IMG/VR virus record: IMGVR_UViG_3300017971_000238
DNA: 28,815 bases
Source: an uncultured virus (IMG/VR IMGVR_UViG_3300017971_000238)
Taxonomy: Duplodnaviria > Heunggongvirae > Uroviricota > Caudoviricetes
Strand: one strand, 5' to 3'
The position numbers and the translations under genes are program-made. The notes beneath the pieces were generated by a model. It was not told the origin of the DNA and did no database searches. It was given only the letters and a program-made list of their open reading frames with translations. This document shows positions 4,695 to 13,391 of the stretch, in pieces (the first letter of the stretch is position 1; each line of letters starts with the position of its first letter).

Positions 4695-6394
4695 GCATAT
4701 CTGCACAATATGGCGACTCCTCCTTCCTCCTCGACCAGCTCTCATCGCTTGGTATCGATCCAGAAGACAATCCCGCCGAATTCCGGCGTTTCCAACTGGC
4801 TTCTATTTCTTGGGTCCATTTCGCCGAGTATTTCTTCAAGAACCCGCTCGACGAGGACCAACCCCTTCGTCTGGATCCACCCCAGAAAGCCGCCATAAAT
4901 GCAGTCCAATTTGGCTACGACATCGACATGTATCCATGGACAATCCCCGACCACAAGCGCCCGAAAGAAATCGTGATGATATGGCCCCGCCAGTTCGGCA
5001 AGACCACTGCCGTGGCTGTCGCTGCCGCCTGCGCCTTCATCTTCATGGTAAAACGCTTCAACATCGCCACCTTCTCCGTTAACGAGGACGGCGCCAAGGA
5101 ACTCATGGAGCGCATCAAGTACTTCATCGAAACCTCGCCATTCGGCTACATGATCGAGGACTCCAACACGACGATGATTCGCAAGATCGGCAAGAAAGTC
5201 AAATGCACCGCCTATCCCGCTTCCGACGGTGTTCGTGGCCGTTCCATCCAACTCGGCCTCATCGACGAGGCAGCGCACATCAAGGAGAAAATTCTCATGG
5301 GCGCGATCCTCTACACCCTCCGCCGTGTTGGCGTTCGCTGGATCATGCTCTCGACCCCCCTCGGGTACAAGGGATCATTTGTCGACCACTTCCAGATAGC
5401 CATGAGAACACGCCCGCTCGTCTGCCTCGACTGCGGATCACTCGTATCGCAAACCGACGACATCATGAATGCATTCACGCACAAGTTCGACAGGTACTAC
5501 ATCCCGCAAGGCCTTCCACCATGTCCAACGTGCCAATCTCTTTCTTGGGAATATGGCGTGGGCGAGTACTGCGTCATACCCGTCGACCCGTTCAAGTGCT
5601 CGTGGAAAACAAAAGAACAAATCCTTCACGAGCTCGATCTCGCTGGAAACACGCCTCTCGCCCGTCAAGAGATGCTTGGCGAGATAATCATGGAAGGCTC
5701 GAACGTGTTCTCACGCCAGATGCTCGAACGTGCAATCAACGATAAACTCGACAATCGCATCAACCCGGTGTACGAGATTCGCAATTACGTGGTTGGCATG
5801 GACTTTGGCAAGGTCCACGATGCTTCCGTATCCGCCGTGATGCATTACGACTGGGATCGCAAGACATCCATTCTCGACCATCTATACGTCATACCGGCCC
5901 GCTACCAGAACATCGACTACAAGGACATCCGCGACGCATTTTTAAATGTCGTGGAAAGATACGATCCCATCTGGATATGCCCGGATGCTACTGGTGTGGG
6001 CGATTCCGTCACGGATGACATGTGGCTGGACCTTAGAGAAAGAAAGCTGCGGGCACGCATCTACTCCAACAAGAACAAGCAACAGTCCTACTTCTCGTCG
6101 GAAAAGATAAAACACAAGGGATTCGTGTTCGACATCAAGTCCAAGATGGAACTCATCAATAACCTCGTGGAGGGATTCACGACGAGGCAAGACATAGAAA
6201 TACCACCGAGACACGTTCCGGTAATAGACCAGTTATGGGACGAGCTTCTCCAGTTCTCGTACACGGTCACCGAAAGTAAAAACATAAAATACGGCACCCA
6301 GAATGCCCACGATGATTGCGTGATAGCACTTGCCCTCGCGTACTGGGTAGCCAGACAAAAACCGTTCATTCCATTATCATCAAGGTGTGCATGA
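4691..6394 (+). CDS. terL: Terminase large subunit with a Zn-ribbon insertion
   Basis: Walker A WPRQFGKTT, Walker B LGLIDEAAH, coupling motif STP, and RNase H-like nuclease motifs VGMDFG, PDATGVG and HDDCVIALAL. Confidence 0.95.
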   Translation: MSISAQYGDSSFLLDQLSSLGIDPEDNPAEFRRFQLASISWVHFAEYFFKNPLDEDQPLRLDPPQKAAINAVQFGYDIDMYPWTIPDHKRPKEIVMIWPRQFGKTTAVAVAAACAFIFMVKRFNIATFSVNEDGAKELMERIKYFIETSPFGYMIEDSNTTMIRKIGKKVKCTAYPASDGVRGRSIQLGLIDEAAHIKEKILMGAILYTLRRVGVRWIMLSTPLGYKGSFVDHFQIAMRTRPLVCLDCGSLVSQTDDIMNAFTHKFDRYYIPQGLPPCPTCQSLSWEYGVGEYCVIPVDPFKCSWKTKEQILHELDLAGNTPLARQEMLGEIIMEGSNVFSRQMLERAINDKLDNRINPVYEIRNYVVGMDFGKVHDASVSAVMHYDWDRKTSILDHLYVIPARYQNIDYKDIRDAFLNVVERYDPIWICPDATGVGDSVTDDMWLDLRERKLRARIYSNKNKQQSYFSSEKIKHKGFVFDIKSKMELINNLVEGFTTRQDIEIPPRHVPVIDQLWDELLQFSYTVTESKNIKYGTQNAHDDCVIALALAYWVARQKPFIPLSSRCA

Positions 6395-7803
6395 TGTTCA
6401 GTTCAGCAAGAATATACAACAACCCGATGACCACCTATTCGGGGCCATCGCTGCGGTCCGTTTTCCACTACATGATGGGAACGCCGCCACAAGAATCGCA
6501 AATTTATGGAATATTGAAAAATAGCGTTGAAAACACTGCCCAGAACCGCGAAATCCTCCTGTGGGGAGACCCGGTGCCGATCTCGTTCGCGTTGATGACG
6601 GCATACACGGTTTCTCTTGGGATGAAGCCGAAATCGCAAAACAAGCAAGCCATAGAAATAATCAACGGGTTCAATGACAGGATTAATCATGGAAACCAGA
6701 CGATAGAAGACCTGTACACGCACTCGTACACGGACATGGCATCACAATACGGGAGTTATTGGCGTATCCTTCATGATCGTGACATGGAATACGGTGTGGA
6801 CATTGCGAGGCTCGACACCCTCACGCTCACGAAGCGCAGGGAAGATCGCAAGGGATGGGAGGCACTGGTGCAACGTGCCCCAGAAAGCATCGAGCGGTAT
6901 TACTCGAAAGCAGCTTTCTACAACCATCTCAAGAACAGGGCGGCCATGGTGAACCCGACTGGATATGGACAGGATGACCACGAGGAAGGTCCGCATGAGG
7001 CAATGGAACGGTTCGTGGTAATTCCAAACGAGCCAGACATTCTTCTCGAGTTCGAGTTCTTCAGGAGACCGCTCATAGCGCCCGTGCTGGATTATCTCAT
7101 TTACAAGCGATGGATACTCTGGTTCATGAGGAACTATAGCGAGAGGTTCTGGTCCCCTAATCGTATAGGGTTCGTCGGTGACCCTGCTGGAGGGATGATG
7201 CCAGACGATCCCGAGGTCATGAAGAAACAACGGGACGACCTGCTCGATGGTCTCGTGCAGCTACGCACGTTTGGTGCGATGGCAACCGCTGGCTACAACC
7301 GCATAGAAGAACTTGGAAAGAACACCGCCAAATCAAGTCAAGTGTACGTGGACTTCATAAACTTGCTTGACAAGCAGACGATGTATGCCCTTGGCGGTTC
7401 CATGGGCCAACGGGACGCATCAGGCAACGAGCTTGCCACCTCGCGTACCCTGCAAGAAGGATGGCTTCGTTTCGTCCTTGGTATTCGTGCCCGGTATGCA
7501 CGTCGTCTCAAGAGATTCTATCGCAAGGTACTCCTTCCCGCGAACGGCATAAAACTCGGGTACAACGAGCTGAAACTCGTATTCAGCCCGGTGAACATGA
7601 CGGGCACGCTGGATCTCGTGAAAGCAATACGGGAAGCACAAGATGGCATGCTCTTTGAAAACGTGAACGAGCCACGTTCAATTCTCGCGGAAATCTGGGA
7701 ACAGATCGATGACGTTGATTCCACCGCAGCGGAAAGGATGCGGAATGATTACATGGAGCTGTACAAGCCAAATGTCCCTCAACCAAATCAAGCAACTGCT
7801 TAA
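6391..7803 (+). CDS. Portal protein (470 aa)
   Basis: Immediately after terL with ATGA coupling (start re-called to 6391); size and C-terminal pattern (helix ending ANG, then LKLVF) fit a portal. Confidence 0.75.
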   Translation: MMFSSARIYNNPMTTYSGPSLRSVFHYMMGTPPQESQIYGILKNSVENTAQNREILLWGDPVPISFALMTAYTVSLGMKPKSQNKQAIEIINGFNDRINHGNQTIEDLYTHSYTDMASQYGSYWRILHDRDMEYGVDIARLDTLTLTKRREDRKGWEALVQRAPESIERYYSKAAFYNHLKNRAAMVNPTGYGQDDHEEGPHEAMERFVVIPNEPDILLEFEFFRRPLIAPVLDYLIYKRWILWFMRNYSERFWSPNRIGFVGDPAGGMMPDDPEVMKKQRDDLLDGLVQLRTFGAMATAGYNRIEELGKNTAKSSQVYVDFINLLDKQTMYALGGSMGQRDASGNELATSRTLQEGWLRFVLGIRARYARRLKRFYRKVLLPANGIKLGYNELKLVFSPVNMTGTLDLVKAIREAQDGMLFENVNEPRSILAEIWEQIDDVDSTAAERMRNDYMELYKPNVPQPNQATA

Positions 7804-8035
7804 CACCGCGATAGATCAGGTGATCGATAACAAGGAACCGGAGATCCCTGAAAAACTCCCGGAAGACATCATCAAGGAAATAGAAAAGTATTACTTTGCC
7901 CTTAATTTCATGGCTTCCACGCCATATTTTAGCGTGGACGTGATAAAAGACATGAAACGTGCGGCCAACAGGACGCTTTACGTGATAAAAAGGAAAATAG
8001 AAAATGACGAAATCGTGGAAAACCCACCTGAATGA
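7772..8035 (+). CDS. Hypothetical protein (87 aa)
   Basis: MSLNQIKQLLNTAIDQV...; fills the gap between the portal and the next gene. Confidence 0.65.
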   Translation: MSLNQIKQLLNTAIDQVIDNKEPEIPEKLPEDIIKEIEKYYFALNFMASTPYFSVDVIKDMKRAANRTLYVIKRKIENDEIVENPPE

Positions 8036-8879
8036 CATCAGGAGCATCGAATCCAAAATCAAGCTGGCCAAGTCCAACTTGTCGAAACTGAAGCGTACCA
8101 GACACAAGACCGAGCAGGTAAAGAGCAACATAGACATCATGGTTAACCACATAGACACCCTTAACAAAAGATTAAATAAGACACGTAGATTGCAGAAATG
8201 GGCCATCATCAACTCCCTCAGGTCGGAGGAACAGAAGAGAAAGATAGACCTCGGCGCTTTCGAGGACGTTGGCGAACATGGAGAGCTCAGCCTCAGGGAA
8301 GGAATGCAGTTCCTTGCCCGTTTCATCGACATCGTGGATCGCGATGAAAACGCCACGAAGCAAATAACCAAGGAAGCGATGGTGAAATTCCCACTTCGCA
8401 TGAAGAAGAGCGATACTCGCCAGCTTGGGAAATGGTACTTTGCATCCATGGCAGATGATTGTGCGGAAGCCGTTGTCTCCGTGATAGAACAGCGGAAGAT
8501 GGGCATCAAGATAAGCGAGGCATGGGCCGCCACGAAGAGACGACTATCCAAGCCATCAGAAATAACAGGTAGGATGGAAGTGACAATGGAAAGGTACGGT
8601 CAGTCCGGGGAAGTAAAGGCGATCAAGCCAGATCACCCGCTCATCTGGACAGGCATGTTGCTTGAAAGCATCGAGGGCTGGTCTGAATGGCAAGAACGTG
8701 CCGCATATTTCGGTGTTAGGAAGAAAGGAAAAATACATACCACCGGTCTCGACATAGCCGATGTGGCAGGTATTCTCATGTACAATTACAACTTTCTATG
8801 GCGTCCCGCTGTAAGACGGATGGTCATGGAAAGGATAAAACAAAGAACGGAAGAACTAATAAACATCTTGGTAGGTTAA
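8004..8879 (+). CDS. Virion morphogenesis/neck (tail-completion) protein, Mu gpG / P2 gpS-like C-terminus, N-terminal coiled coil
   Basis: W..ATKRR...PLIWTGMLLESI...FLWRP resembles the PLxDTGxLxxSI signature of this family. Confidence 0.55.
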   Translation: MTKSWKTHLNDIRSIESKIKLAKSNLSKLKRTRHKTEQVKSNIDIMVNHIDTLNKRLNKTRRLQKWAIINSLRSEEQKRKIDLGAFEDVGEHGELSLREGMQFLARFIDIVDRDENATKQITKEAMVKFPLRMKKSDTRQLGKWYFASMADDCAEAVVSVIEQRKMGIKISEAWAATKRRLSKPSEITGRMEVTMERYGQSGEVKAIKPDHPLIWTGMLLESIEGWSEWQERAAYFGVRKKGKIHTTGLDIADVAGILMYNYNFLWRPAVRRMVMERIKQRTEELINILVG

Positions 8880-8880
8880 A

Positions 8881-9270
8881 ATGCCAGTATCGAAAGACGA
8901 ACCACGAGATTTAAAATCAATGTTAAGGAGTTTCCACCTCGACAACCCGGATTGGAAGGACTACATGCCACGTGATCCCGTAGAAGGCCCTCGATTACCA
9001 CCGGGGCTTGAAGATACAACGGGTCCGCGAGGGTTCAAGCGCCCCTACAACCGGTGGGGAGAGGACAAGCTCGAAGGCTTCGAGCCGCCAAATTGCAGGT
9101 TTTGCGGCACGAAAATGTATTTCCATCACGAAACGAACGATTCTTTCGTGTTTGCATGCCCGTACCCAGATTGTCCAAACAACCCGGAATCGAAAGGCGT
9201 GGAGGGGAAAGATCCTTACATGGACTCTACAAAGAGACCAATCGGAAGTCTAAAAGAAAATCATTGGTGA
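8881..9270 (+). CDS. C4 Zn-ribbon protein (129 aa)
   Basis: CRFCGTKM...FACPYPDC (C-x2-C...C-x4-C), reminiscent of Ogr/Delta or topoisomerase-type Zn ribbons. Confidence 0.7.
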   Translation: MPVSKDEPRDLKSMLRSFHLDNPDWKDYMPRDPVEGPRLPPGLEDTTGPRGFKRPYNRWGEDKLEGFEPPNCRFCGTKMYFHHETNDSFVFACPYPDCPNNPESKGVEGKDPYMDSTKRPIGSLKENHW

Positions 9271-9277
9271 TGAAAAC

Positions 9278-9649
9278 ATGACAGTAGTCGAACAAGCGGA
9301 ACAGGAACGCATCAAGGTGCGCTGCGATAACTGTGGCAAGCCATTTCGTGTCATCAAGCCAAACTTTTCCAGTCCATACGAGCAATCCGTGTGGCTGGAG
9401 AAAACAAGGCTATGCACGGATTGCACGCAACTCAATATCCAGCCAACACAAATCAAGATGCTAAAGAATCCCAATCCAAAAGGCGTCAAATGGAATCCTG
9501 CGGAACATGGAGACCACTACCTCTCGAATGACATAGACGAGGAAGAAATGAAAGCCCTCGTGGAAAAGGAGAAGGAAATCCGCAAGAAAAACATGGAATT
9601 GCAGCGAGAGCGCCTAAGAAATGAATTTAAAAAAGGAGCAGAAGAATGA
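9278..9649 (+). CDS. Zn-finger protein with a C-terminal coiled coil (123 aa)
   Basis: CDNCGKPF...CTDC and a charged helical tail. Confidence 0.75.
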   Translation: MTVVEQAEQERIKVRCDNCGKPFRVIKPNFSSPYEQSVWLEKTRLCTDCTQLNIQPTQIKMLKNPNPKGVKWNPAEHGDHYLSNDIDEEEMKALVEKEKEIRKKNMELQRERLRNEFKKGAEE

Positions 9650-10119
9650 ACTTTGGCAAGCATGCCATATTATCTAACTCTATTGCCATTCTATACTGGG
9701 TAATAGGGTGGGTAATATTAGGCCCGCAAGGAAGTCCCCTAAACTTCGTATCGCTCTTCACGTTCTCCCTGCCCGACGTGGACCTCAAGACAGTATTAGG
9801 GGACCCAACGAAAAATAAATCGAAGCACCGGCACTGGTTTTGGCATGGTGCATTTATCCCAATGGTTGTCTTTTTCTTGGGATTCACTTCTCCGGATCAT
9901 ATCTTTTCCGTCGGCGTGTTTTGCATATCATACGGGATGCACTTGATCGGAGATTTGAAAATTGGAAGTAGCTGCAAGCGTGGCACGTATCTCATCTTTA
10001 AGCGAAAAGGAGATAGAATGTCCAGAAGGAATACCGATATATACCTATGTCTTAACGCCTTCTTGTGCATTGCCGCCAGCATAGTTGCGCTATACATAGC
10101 AAACATTTATAAACTCTAA
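9646..10119 (+). CDS. Membrane-bound metal-dependent hydrolase (YdjM-like)
   Basis: About four hydrophobic segments with N-terminal H, LPDVD, HRHWFWH and HLIGD, matching the PDxD / HRxxxH / HxxxD pattern. Confidence 0.7.
   Translation: MNFGKHAILSNSIAILYWVIGWVILGPQGSPLNFVSLFTFSLPDVDLKTVLGDPTKNKSKHRHWFWHGAFIPMVVFFLGFTSPDHIFSVGVFCISYGMHLIGDLKIGSSCKRGTYLIFKRKGDRMSRRNTDIYLCLNAFLCIAASIVALYIANIYKL
10102..10113 (+). promoter_or_regulatory. Putative internal promoter for the capsid genes
   Basis: AACA-TTTATAAA, nearly identical to the terS promoter, at a similar distance from ATG 10147; RBS AGGTGG at 10136-10141. Confidence 0.6.
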
Positions 10120-10146
10120 GACCATGATGGATACAAGGTGGTTCGC

Positions 10147-11220
10147 ATGGAAACCGTGGTTGACAAATTAACCCTGCAGTCTTCTGGAGCATACTCTGAG
10201 ACGGAAGACTCCCTTTCTTTCTGGGCGAAGAGTATATCCGAGAAGGAAGTATGCGAGCCAATGATGGACATCCTGATCTCGCAGGCTCCGAACCAACCTT
10301 TTATTTTTCGCCATAGACATCCAGCGAGCACGGATGAAAAAGTTATTCCTATTTTTGGAAGGATAAAAAACGCCAAGAAAGAAAAAATCGATGATAAACT
10401 TTTCATGGTATGTGAATTTGAAGTGCCATTGAAAAGTCCATTGGGCCATGTACTACCCCATAACAAGGTTTTCGCTGACTGGATAAAAGAGAGCTACGAG
10501 GCAAACGACCCGATAGGTATATCGCTAGCATTTCTCAAGTACTTGGAGAAAATAAATGGCGAGCGGAAGGCATTTTGGGTGGACTTGTACGAAGCCAGTG
10601 GTACTCATATACCAGCTTGCGTGGACTGTACACATATCGAAGGAGGTGTTGTCATGTCAGTAAATGAAAACGCTGGTCAAGACGACGCAACCAAGAGTAA
10701 ACCGAAGGAAGGAAATAAAGTAGAACAAGAAAAATATAAGGAGCTCGAATCCCAACTTGAAACCATGACACTCGAGAAGCAAAATCTTGAGAAGGAAATC
10801 AAGGGTCTTCAGGATGGCAACGAGACTCTAAAGAAAGCCCTTGAGGAAAAGGACGGTGCCACGAAGCTTCTCATGGAGCAAGTCACCAAGCTGGCGCAAG
10901 GAGTTACCGCACTTGAAGAGAAATTGGAATACGCGGAAACCATGAAACCGCTTGTGGACAAGCTCGTGAAGCTCGAAGGTAGGCCCGAACTCGAGTCATT
11001 CTACAGGACGCAGACCAAGGAATACCTCGAAACTGAGATCAAGAAGCACGAGGGGCCTGTAGATGCGACCACTGATAGCTCTGATGTGGCAGCGAGATTG
11101 CTTGCTGGCATGAAGGAGAAACTCGAAGTGAAGGAACCAACCAAGGAGGAACTTGAGAAGAAAATCGACCCGACCCTCATTCCACTCATGCAGGATTTCT
11201 GGAAGAATGGAGGTAGGTAA
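10147..11220 (+). CDS. Prohead protease fused to scaffolding protein (357 aa)
   Basis: FRH...GISLAF...LYEASGTHIPA matches the HK97-type protease pattern (H; GxSxGF; LxEVSxVxxPA); long C-terminal coiled coil. Confidence 0.75.
   Translation: METVVDKLTLQSSGAYSETEDSLSFWAKSISEKEVCEPMMDILISQAPNQPFIFRHRHPASTDEKVIPIFGRIKNAKKEKIDDKLFMVCEFEVPLKSPLGHVLPHNKVFADWIKESYEANDPIGISLAFLKYLEKINGERKAFWVDLYEASGTHIPACVDCTHIEGGVVMSVNENAGQDDATKSKPKEGNKVEQEKYKELESQLETMTLEKQNLEKEIKGLQDGNETLKKALEEKDGATKLLMEQVTKLAQGVTALEEKLEYAETMKPLVDKLVKLEGRPELESFYRTQTKEYLETEIKKHEGPVDATTDSSDVAARLLAGMKEKLEVKEPTKEELEKKIDPTLIPLMQDFWKNGGR
10654..11220 (+). CDS. Nested in-frame scaffolding protein (188 aa)
   Basis: Strong RBS AGGAGGTG at 10641-10648 before the in-frame ATG 10654, exactly at the protease/coiled-coil boundary. 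Confidence 0.6.
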   Translation: MSVNENAGQDDATKSKPKEGNKVEQEKYKELESQLETMTLEKQNLEKEIKGLQDGNETLKKALEEKDGATKLLMEQVTKLAQGVTALEEKLEYAETMKPLVDKLVKLEGRPELESFYRTQTKEYLETEIKKHEGPVDATTDSSDVAARLLAGMKEKLEVKEPTKEELEKKIDPTLIPLMQDFWKNGGR

Positions 11221-11222
11221 AG

Positions 11223-11714
11223 ATGGGCGCTCCTTATATTAACCGGCAGAACTGGACCGATGTGATTGAGTCTGGTAAGTACATTGTACCGAAGGACAAG
11301 TCGCTTTTTATCGGCGAACCAGTGAAATATCTAGGAAGCACGTCTGGCGACGGCGTTCCCGGCTATGACAAGTACTACTCCGTGAGCGGTTACGATGATG
11401 CCACTGGAGTGGAACCATGCATGGGCGTTAGCGAGGACGAGATCATACGTGCTGACAATCTACCAGCTGCTCTCCGGAATATCGAGTTTCGCCAAGGACG
11501 GAGAGATGTCGCGCTGTGCTTGCATGGCGATCGGACGATGTTGAATAAGGACTCTGGCTACACGGCCAAGATCAATGAACTTGTTGCTCCTGCTCCCGGA
11601 GGTTTCCAGAAGTGGTCCACGGGCAAGGCCGTTTTGGGCAAAGTCAAGGAAGGCCCTATCGAATATAATCAGAGAGGGCTAATCATGATCGACACGGAGA
11701 ATGTCGCGCCATAA
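11223..11714 (+). CDS. Putative head decoration/cement protein (163 aa)
   Basis: Position between scaffold and capsid genes, size, and Gly/beta-rich sequence; RBS GGAGGT. Confidence 0.55.
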   Translation: MGAPYINRQNWTDVIESGKYIVPKDKSLFIGEPVKYLGSTSGDGVPGYDKYYSVSGYDDATGVEPCMGVSEDEIIRADNLPAALRNIEFRQGRRDVALCLHGDRTMLNKDSGYTAKINELVAPAPGGFQKWSTGKAVLGKVKEGPIEYNQRGLIMIDTENVAP

Positions 11715-11729
11715 GGAGGTTAAAAGAAA

Positions 11730-12851
11730 ATGACATGGACATTTACTGGCGGCGGGCAAAACATGCCAAACCTTGCGTATGCGAATCTTATTCCAACGTG
11801 GCTCTTACAACAGGGCTTCGTACAGATGGTACGCATGTGGGATGGAAAATGGGCACCTGCCTTACAACAAGTCATGCGACGTGTAAGATCCCCGGGTGGT
11901 AAATCCAATTTCACTTGGCCACTCGTCGTTGATCCCCAGATGGTTGCTGAAATGCACAGCCCCTACGGACGCACGAAGTACATCACCACGGGTATCGATG
12001 CCGAGCAATGGTGGACTCGGATGACCAAGGCAGGATTCATGATGGAACCTGAGGAATTCCTCAACGAGTTTACTCCAGAGGCAAACTTTGGAACCAACGT
12101 GAAGATGCAAAAGCTCACCCAAATCTGCATTCGTGCAATCGAACGTAGGATCGAGCTGGAACTGGTCAATTATCTCTGGGGCAATCCATTCTGTATCGAG
12201 AACTTCTCGAACCAGTACACCAATCGTCTGGAAAAGTTTGACTTGACCGTTGCGACGAAAGGCATGACTGGTAAAGCATGGAATGATTACGAGAATAGCA
12301 ATCCCTTCATGGACATCGACAACGCGGTTGAACTCCAAGAAGGCATGGGCGACCTGCCATTGAACAGGATGTTCGTTGGTAGCAAGACTGCCAAGGTCTT
12401 GAAGAACCACAAGGTTATCCTTGAACGTCTCAAGTACGTCCGGGACACGAGTGGTGGAACGCTTCAGGCATTCTATGCTGGTCTTGATAACCAGATGATG
12501 GTCACGAAGGTTACCGCGAACACCGCGAAAAAGAACGCGGCAGATGCGAACAGACCGGGAACACCGTATCCGGGCGATCTGGCAGCGGACCAATGGGACA
12601 ATCGAAACAAGTACTGGTTCATGCGTGAAAGTGGCTACGAGTTCGTGTTATTGGCGAATGAGAATCTTGGATTCACGTTCTCCAGCAAGTGCAACCAGTT
12701 CCATGGGAACTTTGACACGCCTTACACGTACTCGTGGGTTGATCACGAACCGCACATCGTGCGAACCCGGTTCGAGTTGAAGTTTGCTCCCGGAGTCAAC
12801 GATTTTGCCAACGAGATGATTCTCAGGAAGGCTTGCCCGATAACCGCCTAA
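11730..12851 (+). CDS. Major capsid protein (HK97 fold expected, 373 aa)
   Basis: Position, size and strong RBS AGGAGG. The segments RAIERRIELELVNYL and W.....SNPFMDI...PLNRMFVG resemble lambda E/Mu T-type capsid proteins. Confidence 0.8.
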   Translation: MTWTFTGGGQNMPNLAYANLIPTWLLQQGFVQMVRMWDGKWAPALQQVMRRVRSPGGKSNFTWPLVVDPQMVAEMHSPYGRTKYITTGIDAEQWWTRMTKAGFMMEPEEFLNEFTPEANFGTNVKMQKLTQICIRAIERRIELELVNYLWGNPFCIENFSNQYTNRLEKFDLTVATKGMTGKAWNDYENSNPFMDIDNAVELQEGMGDLPLNRMFVGSKTAKVLKNHKVILERLKYVRDTSGGTLQAFYAGLDNQMMVTKVTANTAKKNAADANRPGTPYPGDLAADQWDNRNKYWFMRESGYEFVLLANENLGFTFSSKCNQFHGNFDTPYTYSWVDHEPHIVRTRFELKFAPGVNDFANEMILRKACPITA

Positions 12852-12860
12852 GGTGACAAC

Positions 12861-13391
12861 ATGGTAGCCACCATTCCAACAGCAGAAGAGATACTGGAAT
12901 ATCTCGAGTACGCCACTTTCAACCTCACGGTCGACAAGATAGCGTATGGTATCCTTTCCAAATTAACCACGTCTGAAATTTTCACGTGGTTGGAACGGGA
13001 AGAGATAGACATCGATTCTTTCGATGACATCGATGACCCGAAATTCTATATCTGGTCTGCTGGGATGTGTTTTTACCTCGAATACCTTTCCATGCGCGGA
13101 CAAATCCAGCAATCATCTGGAGATGTCAAGACGCACAAGGTAGGAGACGTGATGACAGATTTCCAAAGGTGGCAACCGTTGTTTTTCTTTGCCAAGGGCA
13201 TGGCAGAGGCTTTTTACGAGCTGATGCCACATGACACGTATCGCATGAAAGCATTCCAGTTCCTCAGGAGCTGGAAGCATTGGAAATTCAAGAAATCTCA
13301 CGAGGGAGAAGTGAGGCACGGCACCGCCGTGGCCATATACGATATAAACACGAACTCGTACAAGAAATATGCATCTGGGAAGGAAATATAA
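12861..13391 (+). CDS. Putative head-tail adaptor (176 aa)
   Basis: First gene after the capsid gene; helical with a KTHKVGDVMTDF beta-hairpin as in gp6/gp15-type adaptors; RBS AGGTGA. Confidence 0.55.
   Translation: MVATIPTAEEILEYLEYATFNLTVDKIAYGILSKLTTSEIFTWLEREEIDIDSFDDIDDPKFYIWSAGMCFYLEYLSMRGQIQQSSGDVKTHKVGDVMTDFQRWQPLFFFAKGMAEAFYELMPHDTYRMKAFQFLRSWKHWKFKKSHEGEVRHGTAVAIYDINTNSYKKYASGKEI

Noticed and set aside
5400..5560. Intein in TerL
   Set aside because: The insertion is short, lacks intein terminal motifs (C-terminal HN followed by C/S/T), and looks like a Zn ribbon.
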